From the NCBI GenBank assembly GCA_973895155.1, contig OZ316896.1, positions 7,387,278-7,451,277 of the forward strand: DNA of 64,000 nucleotides, in the 5' to 3' direction. Shown here one piece after another: positions 38,738 to 51,727 of the stretch; position 1 is the stretch's first letter, and every line of letters starts with the position of its first letter. The stretch comes from Marsupella aquatica. Its lineage: Eukaryota > Plantae > Marchantiophyta. A model generated the notes under the pieces. The model had not been told where the DNA came from and did not search any database. It saw only the letters and a list, made by a program, of their open reading frames with translations. Both the position numbers and the translations under genes were made by a program.

Positions 38738-41243
38738 CTTCGCTCTCATCAGCTTCCCCCGGCACCCATACCAAACGCGATGACGCAGCTGCATCATCAT
38801 TGCGATAGAAAGGAGACTGACAAGTGCACGAATGCGCCTTCAGACATGCGAGCCCGCTCACCAGATACTTGATTACATCGTGAACGAGAATCTCATCATC
38901 GGTTGAGATAGGGTCTGGTGGGACACCGTACTAGCGCACGATGAAGGCACACTGGCATGCCCTGGCTGGGCTACGTACTGGTGCTGTTCCTTTGTTTAAA
39001 TAGGCTGAAACCATAAACAACTGACTAGAGGAGGCTGGCAGGTACACGTGGATCAATGGATACATAGTACAGTTCTCGGACCGGACGAATCTGACTAGAA
39101 CGGTAGGAGCACATGACTTATTTCTAGTTGGGCATCGAGAGACAGCAAATCCCAGACGATAGAGAGCTTATGACCTGCTCTATTGCTTCAACTAACGCTT
39201 AGCCAGGAATTACTCGTACTCCATGAGAGGCCGTCTCGATCAACCGAGTAAGTACGCCAGTCCAGCTTTCAAGGTGCCGGTGCGATCAAGCTAGTAAGTG
39301 CTGTCTACTGAACTACGAAAATTCACGATGTTTTGCACGATCGATGAAGAGTCTACCGAGATTAATTTATGAACGTTTGCGTCCGTTCCTGGCAAATATG
39401 GTGCAAACTTGATACATGGAATTAAACTTCAGAGGTCTGTATACTTATCATATGAAGCGTATCAATGACTAATGCATAGGACCGCGTGATATGAATGCAC
39501 TAGATTCAAAACGATCTTATCATCGTGCATGACATTTTGCCTTGTCCATTTATTGCTATCACTCTTGCTCACTGCGTGCATGCCCAACTCACTGTTGTAG
39601 TAGAGCTAGAGCACACCTAAAGGTACCACTCGTGTGCGTGTACAGCGAATGAACATAATCAAATCCATACAATCATGTTGAGCTGAGCTGTAATTTATGG
39701 TCGTCAAACCCCGTTAAAACTTGATCACTAATAACAAGATTCAGAAAACGTTGTGGAGCTTGAAGACTATGAATGTTCGTACTAAGCTCAAAAGCTTTGC
39801 AACTGGAAAGTAGCATATTTGAAAAGAATTATTTCAAGAAGAGCCTCGACTTCAGTCAGGCTTAATTTTGTGCATTCAAGCACCCCTTGAAAATTTTGAT
39901 CTTTCATATCCCTGGTTTTGTTTGTGTTTCCTTGAATTTCTCGGGTATTTATTTGCAACACTAGCACATGCACGCAGGGTATTGTGTGATGTTAAAACAG
40001 AAGTGTTGTCGAGTACAGATGACCAAGGAGTGTACGAGCTGACAGGCAATGGAGTTAGGGAGTCAGCTTGGCAGCCCCTTCGCAGTTGTCTCAAGGTGTA
40101 TGCTAGCTATAAGGAAAGTGTTAGGTACATTGGGCAAATGAAAGATGCACAGTGACACTGGTAACCTTAGGCCCATTTCATGATTAGGAACAAAAGTCAC
40201 CATTATCCAATGGGCAGGGTGGCTTCCCACCAGAACGATATATTAATATGGTAACCAGATCGATCATGAGACGGAACGCGAGGGATTGCATATTAGTGTT
40301 TGGATGTTAAGTTTTGCAGGAGTGAGACCTGCTCTAGCTTCCAGCACCACGAATCGAACACGTTAATTAGTCATATCCTCCACCCCCATTCATGGCACTT
40401 ACGCTCAATGCCAGTACACTGTATTGTTTTCTTTAATTAGTAACCTTATAACCTTGGGGTATATATATTCTTGCGTAGGTGAAGAGGGACGTGGGATGTT
40501 TTCCTATGGTCAGCATTCCACAGGACGTTTCCCTCGAGGTTTTATTGTCGAACCACTGAAAGTTTATAATCCCAACTCTGTTTTTTTTTAATTTTTTAAT
40601 TTTTTTGGTTGAAATTGGAAGGCTTTATAGCAGGCCGGGGACAAACTCCACCTGACACAAAGGAACCGACAAAAGCCCTCGGGGCGCAGGAGACTCAACT
40701 ACTCGGGCCAGTAGTCCCAATGGAGCCAGTCAACCATGGCACTGACCAGACTACATTGCATCTCAAGATAATTCTGTTCTAGGTTTCAGCTTATTTAACA
40801 ACATTGCAGCAAGTACTCGGCTTGTAATTTCTAACATTCTGAGTTTGATTTCTAAGGTGTCCTCTACAGCTGAAATGAGTGATGTACTGAGCACTGGGTG
40901 GACCAGGGTGTCTATTATGCTCAGTGTTGGTGTGAACCACACTTATGACTTCTAAGTGATCTCGGAAGTTATTTCCCACGCCGATGTTACTAGCGTACCA
41001 TTTGCTATTGTAGCTCAATTCCTGTGGGATATCTATCATTCAAAATGTTAGGGGTACTCATGGGGCTGGGGACTTCCGCTTTGGCCGCCCCACAATCTGA
41101 GAACGAAGTTAAGTTCGTCTGAAATCCGCTATAGTTGACGCGCTTTACGTGTTGCTGTGTTGTCTGCCCGCATTGCCTTGATTGATTTGCGGGTTGATTT
41201 GACTGTTGGCATTGTGCATAATAACCCAACTAGGGAGCCTTCC

Positions 41244-41596
41244 TGTTAGGATTTATTCTTAGGTCTAGAGTAACGACTATGCCGTAGTTAAGGCTAACCT
41301 TAGTTGAAAACTTGGTTAGGTTAGTCATGTTGTGCGTGCACACTCTATACCTAAGCGGTGTTTGTTTGGAGAGTGGGAACTCAGGCTCATTGTTACAAAG
41401 CTAGTTGAGAGATAGAGAGAGCTTGTGCTATGGATGTTTGGTATATATGGCCGGTTGGCCTAGAGTGCAGTAAAGCTCATGTGTGGTCTCGTGGACGTAG
41501 CCTCATGTGAAGGTGAACCACGTATCTCTCTGTGTTGACTCTTGTGCGTTGGATGGTTCATGGGCTTGTTGTTGCAATTGTCGTCTATACTCAACA
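41244..41596 (+). repeat. 5' LTR (353 bp)
   Basis: TGTTAGG...CTCAACA, followed directly by the PBS. Confidence 0.95.
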
Positions 41597-41598
41597 AT

Positions 41599-41610
41599 TG
41601 GTATCAGAGC
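41599..41610 (+). promoter_or_regulatory. primer binding site, tRNA-iMet
   Basis: TGGTATCAGAGC. Confidence 0.95.
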
Positions 41611-43429
41611 ATGCTTGGGAGGTGACTAGGTTTTTTTTGTGACGGTTTTTCAGCGTTCATTGTCAGTGTTGCATTCGGATTTTTGTCGCATGAAACTCAA
41701 ATGTGCGTGGTTGAGTGGATAGATTAGTGAGAGGGCTTTCTATCAGTGTATAGAACTCACTGGTTGGTATCCGTGGTGTGGAGGAATCGGAGTTTGCGTC
41801 AATTTGGAGTTATTCGTGTTCGACGATTATTTGAGGGAGAGGCCAGAGTTTGTGTTTGCAACGGTGTGAGTTGTGCGGTGCGGGAGGCGTTGCATGTTAT
41901 AGCTCAAGTTGGAGGTTGTGGCAAGCTGGTCATTTCGGTAGCTGAGTTGCTGCCGAGTCGTTATCGAGTGCTTCGTGACGATTAAAAGAGGCATTCAATT
42001 TTTTCACAGGCTATGGAGCTTGTTCCCATCTGAACTGGGTATCTCGTCATCACGTCCGACTCGGAGGAAGAATCGTGAAGTGCTAGGGCTCAACCTTGGG
42101 GGTTTTACATCCACAAAAATAACATATCACGTGCAACAAAGTATAGGGTCATTTTATTGGTTTGAAGGGAAGACTTAAAAAAATTTTGAGAAGAACAATA
42201 GGGTCTTTTAAATCTAATTTTGAGACTAATAAGAGCATTAGAGTCCTTGTAACCAAAATTTTGGAATCCAAGAATATTCCAACTTTACAGGGGTTGAAAA
42301 ATTAAAAAATTCTTACATTTTAGGGGGTCCGAGGCCTAAAAATGTCACAGGTGATGGGGAGGCATCCATATAGTGAGACCCCCGAGGGCTCAATGAAGAG
42401 ATCACGGCGTAGCGGTCATTTTGAGTTTGAGATTGGTACTTGACGCGAAGAGAGTGAGTTGCAACTGAAATTTTTCCTCTGCTGTGCAAGCAGACGGCGC
42501 TGGTTCAATTTGGCAAGTTTTCTTGTCGGTGGACTTCACTTTCCCAAGTTAAACGACGATTAGGTTTGTAATACAGCCTTTTTTGTGTTTAAATCGGCAT
42601 TTTTGGGGGATACTATAGGGTGATTTTTTTGTGTGCCCCTTGCTCGCCCCTGTTGTTAGCCGGCCGCTACCTCGCAGCGATGGCTCTCGCCTCCCCGGCC
42701 CTTAGTGTCTTTGCGGTTGCGTATGCTACCGCTTTGACGCTTTGACGCCCTCTCGCATACGGCCCTGACCATTTATACATGGTTTTTTTCAAAAGGGGAT
42801 CCAAACCCCTATAAGGCCCATTTTTAATTTCTTCTCCCGGCCTCAATCCCATTGGTTTGCACTTATGTTGGGACCTGCCACCCTCCGTTTTAACCGTTGG
42901 GACAGGGGGAATGGTCCCCTATGAGACCTGTCAGACTGTGCGAGAATATTCTTGAAAAACCAAAGAACTATTTTTTGATCGTCCGACAAAGATTTTGCGC
43001 GCCAAATGGTACATTTTTTGGTTCTTTTTTGGCGGGGTCGTAGCCATTGAAGTTAGCAACGCGGCATACCAATCAAATTGCAATTCCAACAACGGGTTGT
43101 ACTTATCATTTTGGTTATTCCCTGAGGTGGTCAAAACAGGGGAGTTTCCCAAGGTTTTACCCACCCGAGCAAAATTTGTATAACTTTTCCGTCAAATTTC
43201 AATTTTGATTTTGGTTTTCAGGTTTGGACTCCTAGCTTCGTGGGCTACGCGGCGGTGTTTGGTTTTGAGTTTTTTGAGAAGTTGTGAAAAATAACATTTT
43301 TGTGATTTTCTCATACGAGTGATTCGAAGGAGATTTTTGAAGACGTGGAACTTGAAGCAGGAGGATCACCACGATGGTTTGAGGTGGAGAGAGAGGAGTA
43401 AGAAGAAGGGCACGTGACACCGGTACCAT

Positions 43430-45119
43430 CACCGATGAAATGTGTGGTGGAGAAAGCAGTTCTACTACCGGAGCTCACGGTAGTGTCAAAGAAGAAGATG
43501 GGGACGTTCAAGCTTGGGGGACCCAAGTATGAAGTCACAAAGTATGATCGACGCTCTGACTACTTGCTTTGGGAGAAGCAGGTGAAGGGAGTGCTCTATG
43601 CTTTGGGATCATGGGCCAACTGCTGAGCCCTCGTGACGACAATGTTGATAAGAAACAATTATGGGACCGCATGCATGCAGGAGCAGGGAGTGTGGTGTGT
43701 TACACACTATCTCATGCCTCCCATCATCAAGCAGTTGGGTGCACATAAGAATTGCATGTCCTTGTTTGCGGAGTTGTAGAACAAGTATCACCGCATGGAG
43801 TTGTCAAACCGGCTCTACACTTCCTACAAACTGATGAGTTTCAGGATGAAGGAAACCAGTATGAAATTGTAGGACCAGGTGGATGCTTTCAACGACATGG
43901 TCATTGACTTAGAAAATCTTGGGGAGAAATTGAATGATGAGAAGAAGGCTCTACAGCTTCTCAGTTTTGATCATTGCCTCCATCTTACTAGTCCTTATCA
44001 CAAGTGTTGTTGCATCGAATAGGAATATCATCTCATACAATGAGGTGGTGAGTTCTCTGCTTACTGATGATCTTCAACAGAAGATGCAGATCACGTCGTG
44101 CAACCTTCATCATCTGGTGCTGCTCTCAATGTTAACCGTGGGAGGAGTATGCAACGACCAACTGGGGACCGTAGAACCCAATTTAGATCTAAATCCAGGT
44201 CTAAGTCAACGGGCAAGTCCCCGGACAGAAGGCAAGTGACATGTTGGAAGTGCAACAAGGTTGGACACTTCAAGCGAGACTATAAGGGAAAGGCAGTTGA
44301 ATCTTCATTGGAAAATGCGGCTAGGGCTAACGGAGACGCTGATTTACTCAATGATGAATATGTGCTATGAAGCCAGGGGTATGCCCTGTGCACGTCATCT
44401 AGGAGAGCTTAGATAATGTGTGGATTCTTGATTATGCTTGCTCTTTTCACATTTGTTACATTCATGAGTTTTTCAGTTCTTACTTTGTTTCAAACGGTTC
44501 AGTTCTGATGAGAAATGATCACTCCTGTCAAATTGAGGGTATTGGGTCTATGAAGATTCAAATGTTTGATGGCACTATGCGCATAGTGTCCAGAGTTAGG
44601 TATGTATCTGGCATGCGTAAGAATCTGATTTCACTCGAGGTGTTGGATTCAAATGGTCATCAATGGAGCGTTATATATTGATGGTGAACTTCAAGTTAGG
44701 TCAGGAGAGACAATGATTTTGAAGGGGAGCAGATAAAAGAATTTGTATGTGTTGCAGGGCAATACTATATGTGAAGAGGCCAATGTAACCAAGTCTCACG
44801 AGGAGATGACTCAACTGTGGCATTCCCGGTTAGGCCACATGAGTGAGAAGGGTTTAGCTCTCTTGCGGAAGAATGGTCTCATTTTTTATTTACAATCTTG
44901 TAAATTAGAGTTTTGCGAGCATTGCATTCTTTGAAAGTAGCATCGTCGTGCTTTTGGTGTTGGAACTCATCATTCCAAGGCGGTTCTTGAGTACATACAT
45001 AGTGACGTGTGGGGTCCATCCCCGACTCCCTCACACTTTGGAAAGTTGTACTATGTATCCTATATTCATGATTACTCAAGATTTGTATGGATTTATTTCA
45101 TAATGCATAAGTCTGATGT
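43430..45119 (+). pseudogene. Copia gag, protease, GAG-pre-integrase and integrase N-terminal part
   Basis: KYEVTKYDRRSDYLLWEKQVKG; zinc knuckle CWKCNKVGHFKRD; WILDYACSFH; LWHSRLGHMSEKGL; IHSDVWGP; many stops and frameshifts. Confidence 0.92.
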
Positions 45120-47330
45120 TGTAGAGTAGGGTTTAAGGAAATACGAACTACTTTCCTCTTAAACAACCAGAATTTGTTCCCGTAAGAGAGCTTGTGAAAC
45201 CTAAAAGATTGTATTAATATACTTTGAGATAGTTAAGCTAACCTATCTCAGCCTTTACCGACATGCTTAGGTCAGGTGGAAAGAGTTTTTAATACATCCT
45301 TAGGTATTGTGATGTTTGCATCATCAACAGTGCAATAATTAATTCTAAAACTATAACAAAACAACCAAAAGCCGAAGGCGTAAAGAGAGGATTAAGCGAG
45401 CCTTAAATGTCTCATCTCCTCTCGCCACTTAGCAATCTATGACTAAGTTAGGCACGATTAAGAGTCAACAGAGAGTCTGACTAAATTAGGCTGATGCCTA
45501 AAGCTAATCCTTAAAGCCAACCATCTAAGAATTTGTAAAAGATGTATATAAGATAGCCCGTATTAACTTTCTGACCTATGTCAAGGCAAAGGTGGTATTG
45601 ATTACTCCGAACTAACTTATTCTTCTATTCAATCCTTCATATTGCTCTTTTAGGACTACGCAATTTGTGAGTTCTCGTATGGTGCTTCTTCCACTAATAC
45701 TTAATAAGCCATAAGTATTCCATAGTCAACATGAATCTTTAGACCTTTGCATGGTCTCAGGCATGCATTTCCAGTCAGCCTAAAGGTTAACTATGACATT
45801 GCTAGTCACTTTCCATAGATTTTCTAGCAAGAATGGTCACACACTAATGTCCAAACACAAAGCATAGATCACCAAAATTATGAATCTATTACTTCTCTTC
45901 AAAGAAGGAGACTTTCACAAGTGAAATGCAAGTCTGAGTAAAATGTTGGAAACTTTCCCTCTTATACTTAGGGACAAGTCTCCTCTAAACAAAAGTTGAA
46001 GAGGTATGCCTCTTCAATTCTTAACCTAAGTGTAAAAGTAAAAAGTAATGCTAAAGTCTGAAACTAGACTATGAGATAAAGTGCTCAGCAAAAATTCAAA
46101 GTCTAATTCTTCCTATACTAAGTTTTATAGGGCTTCAAACACGAAACCGGATCAAAAACCGGGTGGGAAACCGGATGGGAAGCCGGTTAAACTTCCGGAT
46201 GGAATAACTTTTTACTCTTCAGGAGTTGAAGTGTCAGGTTTCACCGATGTGGAGTAGAAACCGATGTGGAGTCTACTGCTGGATCAATGGAGTTGAGAGG
46301 GTTTGGCATGAAAGTGATACCTCCAAAGGTAGTAGTAAAATAGGAAGCAAGTAGTACATTTTTGGTTTCAAAGTGAAAGGTTTCCAAAAATGAGGTCTTG
46401 AGATAATGTCCATTGATGTAAGTAAAATGTAGGAGTGCTAGAGTAATAAGAATTTGACTATCGAGTCTCTCCATCTTCCAATGAATGGGTATATCTTTTC
46501 ATAGTATTCTTTCATACTTATCCAACCATTTTGATTGGTTAAGGTCTTTAGCCATGGATCATGCTTCCTATTGGTCCAAAGTCAGAAATCTTGAAGGTCA
46601 AATGGTGTGGAAGCAACGCTTCAAAATCTTCATTCCATTATTTGTCCGAAAATCTTGAATATCTTTTGGTTGCACCGGTTGGAGTCTCATAATATTAAGT
46701 GGGTCATTTCGAGTCCATTTTCAAACTTCTTTATATATATCTTAACCGCATCGGAAGGAGCTTTCCAACACACTTTACAGATCTTGATTTGGATAAATGG
46801 TTTGAGAGTTATGGTAATTTTTCTACCGGATGGTATGTCCAAACCGGATCAAAAACCGGATGGAAACCGGTTCAAATTCCGGATGGAATAACTCCTCAAT
46901 TTCCATCACTTAGTTGGTGTAATTTTTCCCATGAACTACTGGAAGGTGGGGTAACACAACCTTGATAAAAGATTGAGCTACTTGTTGCTGAAATGCACTG
47001 ATTAATTCACCTTAGAATTAGCCGTCTAACTCAAGTTTGTGAAAAGTTGAACCTCAATTCCAAAGTTAAACCTTTGCTTGAGGGTTTGAAGTAGGTCTCT
47101 CCTCGCTATCAGATTTTCCCAATACCAATCCATTTATGGTTTTATTCCTCTTTCACTATTGAGTCGGATGAGGGACCATAACATCTTTATATGCACCTTG
47201 CCATGATTCAAGCTTAATATACTCACAGATGCTTAAATAGTCATTCAAGGTCCTCAACATGGTCATTGAGAACTATTTTTTTCATATAAAATAACTTTTC
47301 TATCCTTAAGGGCTTAACCCCTCTATTACA
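45120..47330. mobile_element. 2.2-kb solo LTR inserted in the Copia integrase
   Basis: TGTA...TACA termini; perfect TSD GATGT (45115-45119, 47331-47335); removal restores KSDV|LSIFKKWKAQVENQT. Confidence 0.9.
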
Positions 47331-47335
47331 GATGT

Positions 47336-49681
47336 CTTGTCCATTTTTAAGAAGTGGAAGGCCCAGGTGGAGAATCAGACTGAAAACATGGTCAAGTGTT
47401 TGGATACATGGGTGAAGAGTTTGAGGTCAGACAACGGCGAGGAGTACACTTCAATGAAATTTGAAGAGTACTGTTCAGAACAGGGGATAACTCACCATCT
47501 CACCACAGTTTATACTCCATAGCAGAATGGTGTTATTGAGAGGCTCAATCGGACACTATTGGAATGGTCATGAAGTATGTTGAGCCAATCAGGTCTACCA
47601 CATGAATTTTGGGTAGAAGCTATCAATACTGCAACTTATTTGGTAAATCTTTCTCCTTCTAGCGTTATCAATTTCAAAACGCCTTTTGAGATGCGCTATA
47701 AGCGGCAAATAGACTAGCATGGCTTGGTAGTTTTGGAAGTGATGCATATGCTTTCACATCTAAGCTGAATAGGACCAAGTTGGATCCTACCTCCAAGAAA
47801 TGTATTTTTCTTGGGTACCAGAGTGATGTGAAAGCCTATAGGCTATGGGATCCTATTGCCTGTAAGCTTGTTGTCAGTAGGGATGTTTTCTTCAATGAAT
47901 CCAGATTATTGAAGGAGGGAAGAATACTCAGGTCTTCCGTACTGACAAAGGAAAATCTCATATCCTGGATCTCGTTGAGGGGGAGATTGGTCATGAGGTG
48001 CATGACCGGAGAGGAGTTGCTTCAATTATGGAGTTGGTTCCTGTGCTAGAGGAACCAAAGGAGTTTGATGATGCTGGTGAGCAACAAGTGGATGTTGCTG
48101 AGCTTCAGATTGTACCAGCACACATAGATCAACTGGAGTCATCGGCTAGAAGAACCTTTGGTCGCATTGTACGCCCTTCACCAAGGTATGGATAGTGGGT
48201 TGATTCATCTTAGTTGCAAGAGGAGGATTTTGTTACTGATGAGGAGGGTGATGCATTGATTTTGGAAGAAGGGAAACCTTCTTCATTTCATGAGGCAAGT
48301 GCTTCTAAGGAGAAGCAGGAGTGGACTGCAAGAATGCAAACAAAGATACAATAATTGAAGGACAACAAAACTTGGGAGATTGTCAAGCTGCCTAAGGGAC
48401 AGCAAGTGGATATACAAGCTGAAGGATCAATCCACAGGAGGTGGATCAAAGGTCTACAAGGCTAGGTTGGTAGCCAAGGGATTCACACAGGAAAAAGGTG
48501 TGGATTACAATGAGGTGTTCTCACCAGTTGCTAAGTACTCAACAATACGGCTATTCTCGCGGCTATTGTGTGTGCTTGTTGTTATGTTTGGTCTGCTACT
48601 AGATCAAATGGATGTTATCATAGCTTTCCTCTATGGCACCTTGGAAGAGGTGATCTTCATGAGACAACCACTAGGTTTTGTGAAGAGAGGGCAAGAAGAT
48701 TTGGTTTGCAAATCGCTGAGATCCTTATACGGGTTGAAGCAATCACCAAGACAATGGAATAAGCAATTTGATGAGTGGATTCGTGCACAAGGCTTTCACA
48801 AGAGCGTATTTGACCCATGTGTGTATCTTAAATTGGTAAAGAATGTTGTCTTTGGGTTCATTGTTTTAGTACTTTATGTGTATTGACATGCATATTGTGG
48901 CCAAGGATAGACCGTCTGAGATTGTTAAGCTCAAGGCACTGCTTAGTGCAAAGTTTAAGATGAAGGACTTAGGGCCAGCTAAGAGGATTTTGGGTATGGA
49001 GATCACTAGGGACTTGGAGGCTGGTAAACTATGGTTGACACAAGGCAGTTATGCAAGGAAGGTAATTGCAAGGTTCAACATGGGGGATAGCATGCAAGCC
49101 AGTAAGTACCCCGTTGACTCCACACTTCAAGTTGTCATCAGCTTTCTATCCTATGGATAAGATAGAGAAGAGGCTGATGCCAAAGGTTCCTTATGACAAG
49201 GCAGTGGGGAGTCTCATGTATTTGATGACTTGCACTAGACTTGATCTTGCCATGGCTATGGGCAAGATGAGCAGGTACATGTCAAATCCAAGGAAGGTAC
49301 ACTGGGAAGCAGTGAAGTGGATTATTTGGTACTTGAAGGGTACCATGGATCATGGTCTATTGTTTGATGCACATGCTGATAATGCTAGATCATTGATGGG
49401 CTATGTGGATGCTGACTATGCACAGGTCTGGATCAGAGGAGATCAATAACACGTTATGTATTCATACTTGGCAGTGGATGCATAAGTTGGAGGTCTACTT
49501 TGCAAAAGTGTATTGCTCAGTCTACTACAGAAGCAGAGTATGTTACAGCAGCAGAAGCAACAAAGGAAGCAATTTGGTTGGATAGATTGATCACTGAGAT
49601 GGGATTGCCACAGGGGAATGTAAAGCTCCATTGTGATAGTCAGAGTGCGCTCCACCTTGCTATGAACCAGGTGATGGACAG
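47336..49681 (+). pseudogene. Copia integrase core, reverse transcriptase and RNase H
   Basis: LRSDNGEEY; YKARLVAKGFTQEKGVDYNEVFSPV; YGLKQSPRQW; MKDLGPAKRILGMEI; GYVDADYA; QSTTEAEY; CDSQSA. Confidence 0.95.
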
Positions 49682-51180
49682 TAGTGGTGGACCTCGCCAC
49701 CCAGCGCCCTTACCAATCCCAGCACATGCGCCTAAGTGCCCTTGGTGCCCGAACGCCTCCACGGAATACCTCGAGCAAGCATCCAAGTGCCTCTAGCACC
49801 ACCTGCGGCCCCTCCCATACGAAGCCGCACTTGCTCACCTACATGACCGCTACTCAATGGTCCTCGTTGTCTACACAAGCAACCAAGCACCTCGGTAAGT
49901 AACCCCTCCGGATCTAGAACTCGCCAAGTCTAGCATCCTAACTCAAGCTCAACAGACGTTGGTAAATAGGTCAGCGATAGGTCCTCCCGATGCCATAAGC
50001 CGGAACCGGAACCCACGCCCACTGTCCGTCCAGGACAGCTCCTTCCTTGGGCGCGGCCCGGGTTCCCCCTTGTACCTATCCATCGCCAACTGACCGCCCT
50101 GACCTCAGAACATGTTCATGGCCCAAATAGCGTAGCTTGTCCTAAAGCTTGTCCCAAGCTTGTCTCTACACGCCGGGACCAGAACAGCCCCGACTCTAAC
50201 AACCGCTCCCAATTTTCCCCACTGATGGTCGAATGACCGAGCGCCCTTGGGACTCAGCCTCCATACCTACTTGGCCTTGCCTCCCCAATGCAAGCTCCCT
50301 TGGGAGGCTGAACGCGGCTTGGCTACTGTTCGGCAGGATTTGGCAAGCGGGCGAGCTAACACCCGCAAACCATGAGAACCCATGGCACCCTCGGACCCAT
50401 CTGAGATCAAGAGGGCGTAGCCCTCCTCAAGAGCTTTCTAACGCACCCAAGAATTCCTCCAACGGAGTTCCCGTTGGAAAGATATCGCCATTTTTGTTTG
50501 GTGGTTTCCCTTAGTGTGGCGACCGCCGCGGCTCACGACTTCGGCTCGGCCTTAGCCCCCAGGGAGACACCACTCCCCTCATATATGCTTCTGGAGACCT
50601 ACCACCCCCAGACCAACTTTGGTCCCTAAACATTTGGCCCCCAACCCGGATCCCATCGCGCATAATGGGTGCGTCACCAACTGGCAACGCCCATAACTTT
50701 CTTGATAGGCATCCGCAAGCAGAGTGCCTTAGCCCGTTGTGACCAGGCCGACCCAGCGCTCATGCCTAGGCCCTCAGGTCTGATCACCGCTCGGGACCCC
50801 CGACTGGCCCAATCCGGATCGGGCCACAACTTGCGCCCCAAGCGTCCGTTGCCAATGGCGTCAACTCCATTGGCCTTGGGCCCAAGAGAAGCTCACTCCC
50901 AAGCCCTCAAAACTCAAAGCCCATCCCACGGTCCGGACGGCCATCCTTGAGCCCGACCCATTTCCCCTTGACCCTACCAGCCATAGGCTAGTCCAAGTCC
51001 TTAATTGTGTGTGTCCCCAGCTTGGCCCCTTGCCTCGCTAGTGCCATGTCTCATTGCCCACAAGTCTCCCCATGCTAAGTCCTCCCCGGATGGCCTATCC
51101 GGGCCTGGACCATAAGGGAGCTTGGCGTCGGAGTCAGCGACGCCGGAGCTAAGTGTTCAGGTAGTCGAGTTCCGCGACTA
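49682..51180. mobile_element. 1.5-kb GC-rich insertion in the Copia RNase H (TIR element or damaged solo LTR)
   Basis: imperfect ~20-bp terminal inverted repeats TAGTGGTGGACCTCGCCACC / GGTAGTCGAGTTCCGCGACTA; CAG on both sides; removal restores NQVMDS|RVKHIDVRY. Confidence 0.85.
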
Positions 51181-51183
51181 CAG

Positions 51184-51350
51184 CAGAGTGAAGCACATTG
51201 ACGTCAGGTACTATTTTATCAGGTAGGTTGTGTCTGATAATATGTTTGAGCTAGTCAAGATTGACGGTAAACTCAACTCGGCTGACGCTTTTACCAAAGT
51301 GATTCCTTTGGAGAGTTTTTCTAGACACCATGATGTGTTGCAGGTTTTGA
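51184..51350 (+). pseudogene. end of the Copia RNase H
   Basis: RVKHIDVRYYFIR...VKIDGKLNSADAFTKVIP. Confidence 0.9.
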
Positions 51351-51557
51351 ATTGCCTCACAAGTAGGGTTACTTAACATTTGTGTAGATACTGAGATATG
51401 CTCTTGCTCATTCCTTGTATAGGCTATGGCTTAGTTTTTGGTCTACTCTCGTATAAAGAAGGAAAAACCGGTTTGGTTTTTCTTTCCAAAACTTCCTGCT
51501 GAGCAATCATATTGGTAGCAGTCTTTACCCTCCCTAGACCAGAGTCAAGGGGGAGAT

Positions 51558-51727
51558 TGTTAGGATTTACTCTTAGGTCTAGAGTAACAATTGTACTGTA
51601 GTTAAGGCTAACCTTAGTCGCAAACTTGGTTAGGTTAGTCATGTTGTGCACACTCTATACCCAAGTGGTGTTTGCTTGGAGAGTGGGAACTCAGGCTCAC
51701 TGTTACGGAGCTAGTTGAGAGATAGAG
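51558..51727 (+). repeat. 3' LTR, truncated after ~170 bp, preceded by the PPT AAGGGGGAGA
   Basis: about 14 substitutions and one 4-bp indel versus the 5' LTR; homology stops after GAGATAGAG. Confidence 0.93.

Larger units (their letters stand above)
41244..51727 (+). mobile_element. decayed Ty1/Copia LTR retrotransposon (Tork/Tnt1-like) with two nested insertions and a truncated 3' LTR
   Basis: 5' LTR, PBS, gag-PR-INT-RT-RH order, PPT and homologous 3' LTR. Confidence 0.95.

Noticed and set aside
44766-44786. 21-mer resembling, from my memory only, the liverwort RSL-targeting miRNA FRH1
   Set aside because: It lies in Copia coding sequence, no hairpin partner was seen and my recall of the miRNA sequence is unverified; likely chance.
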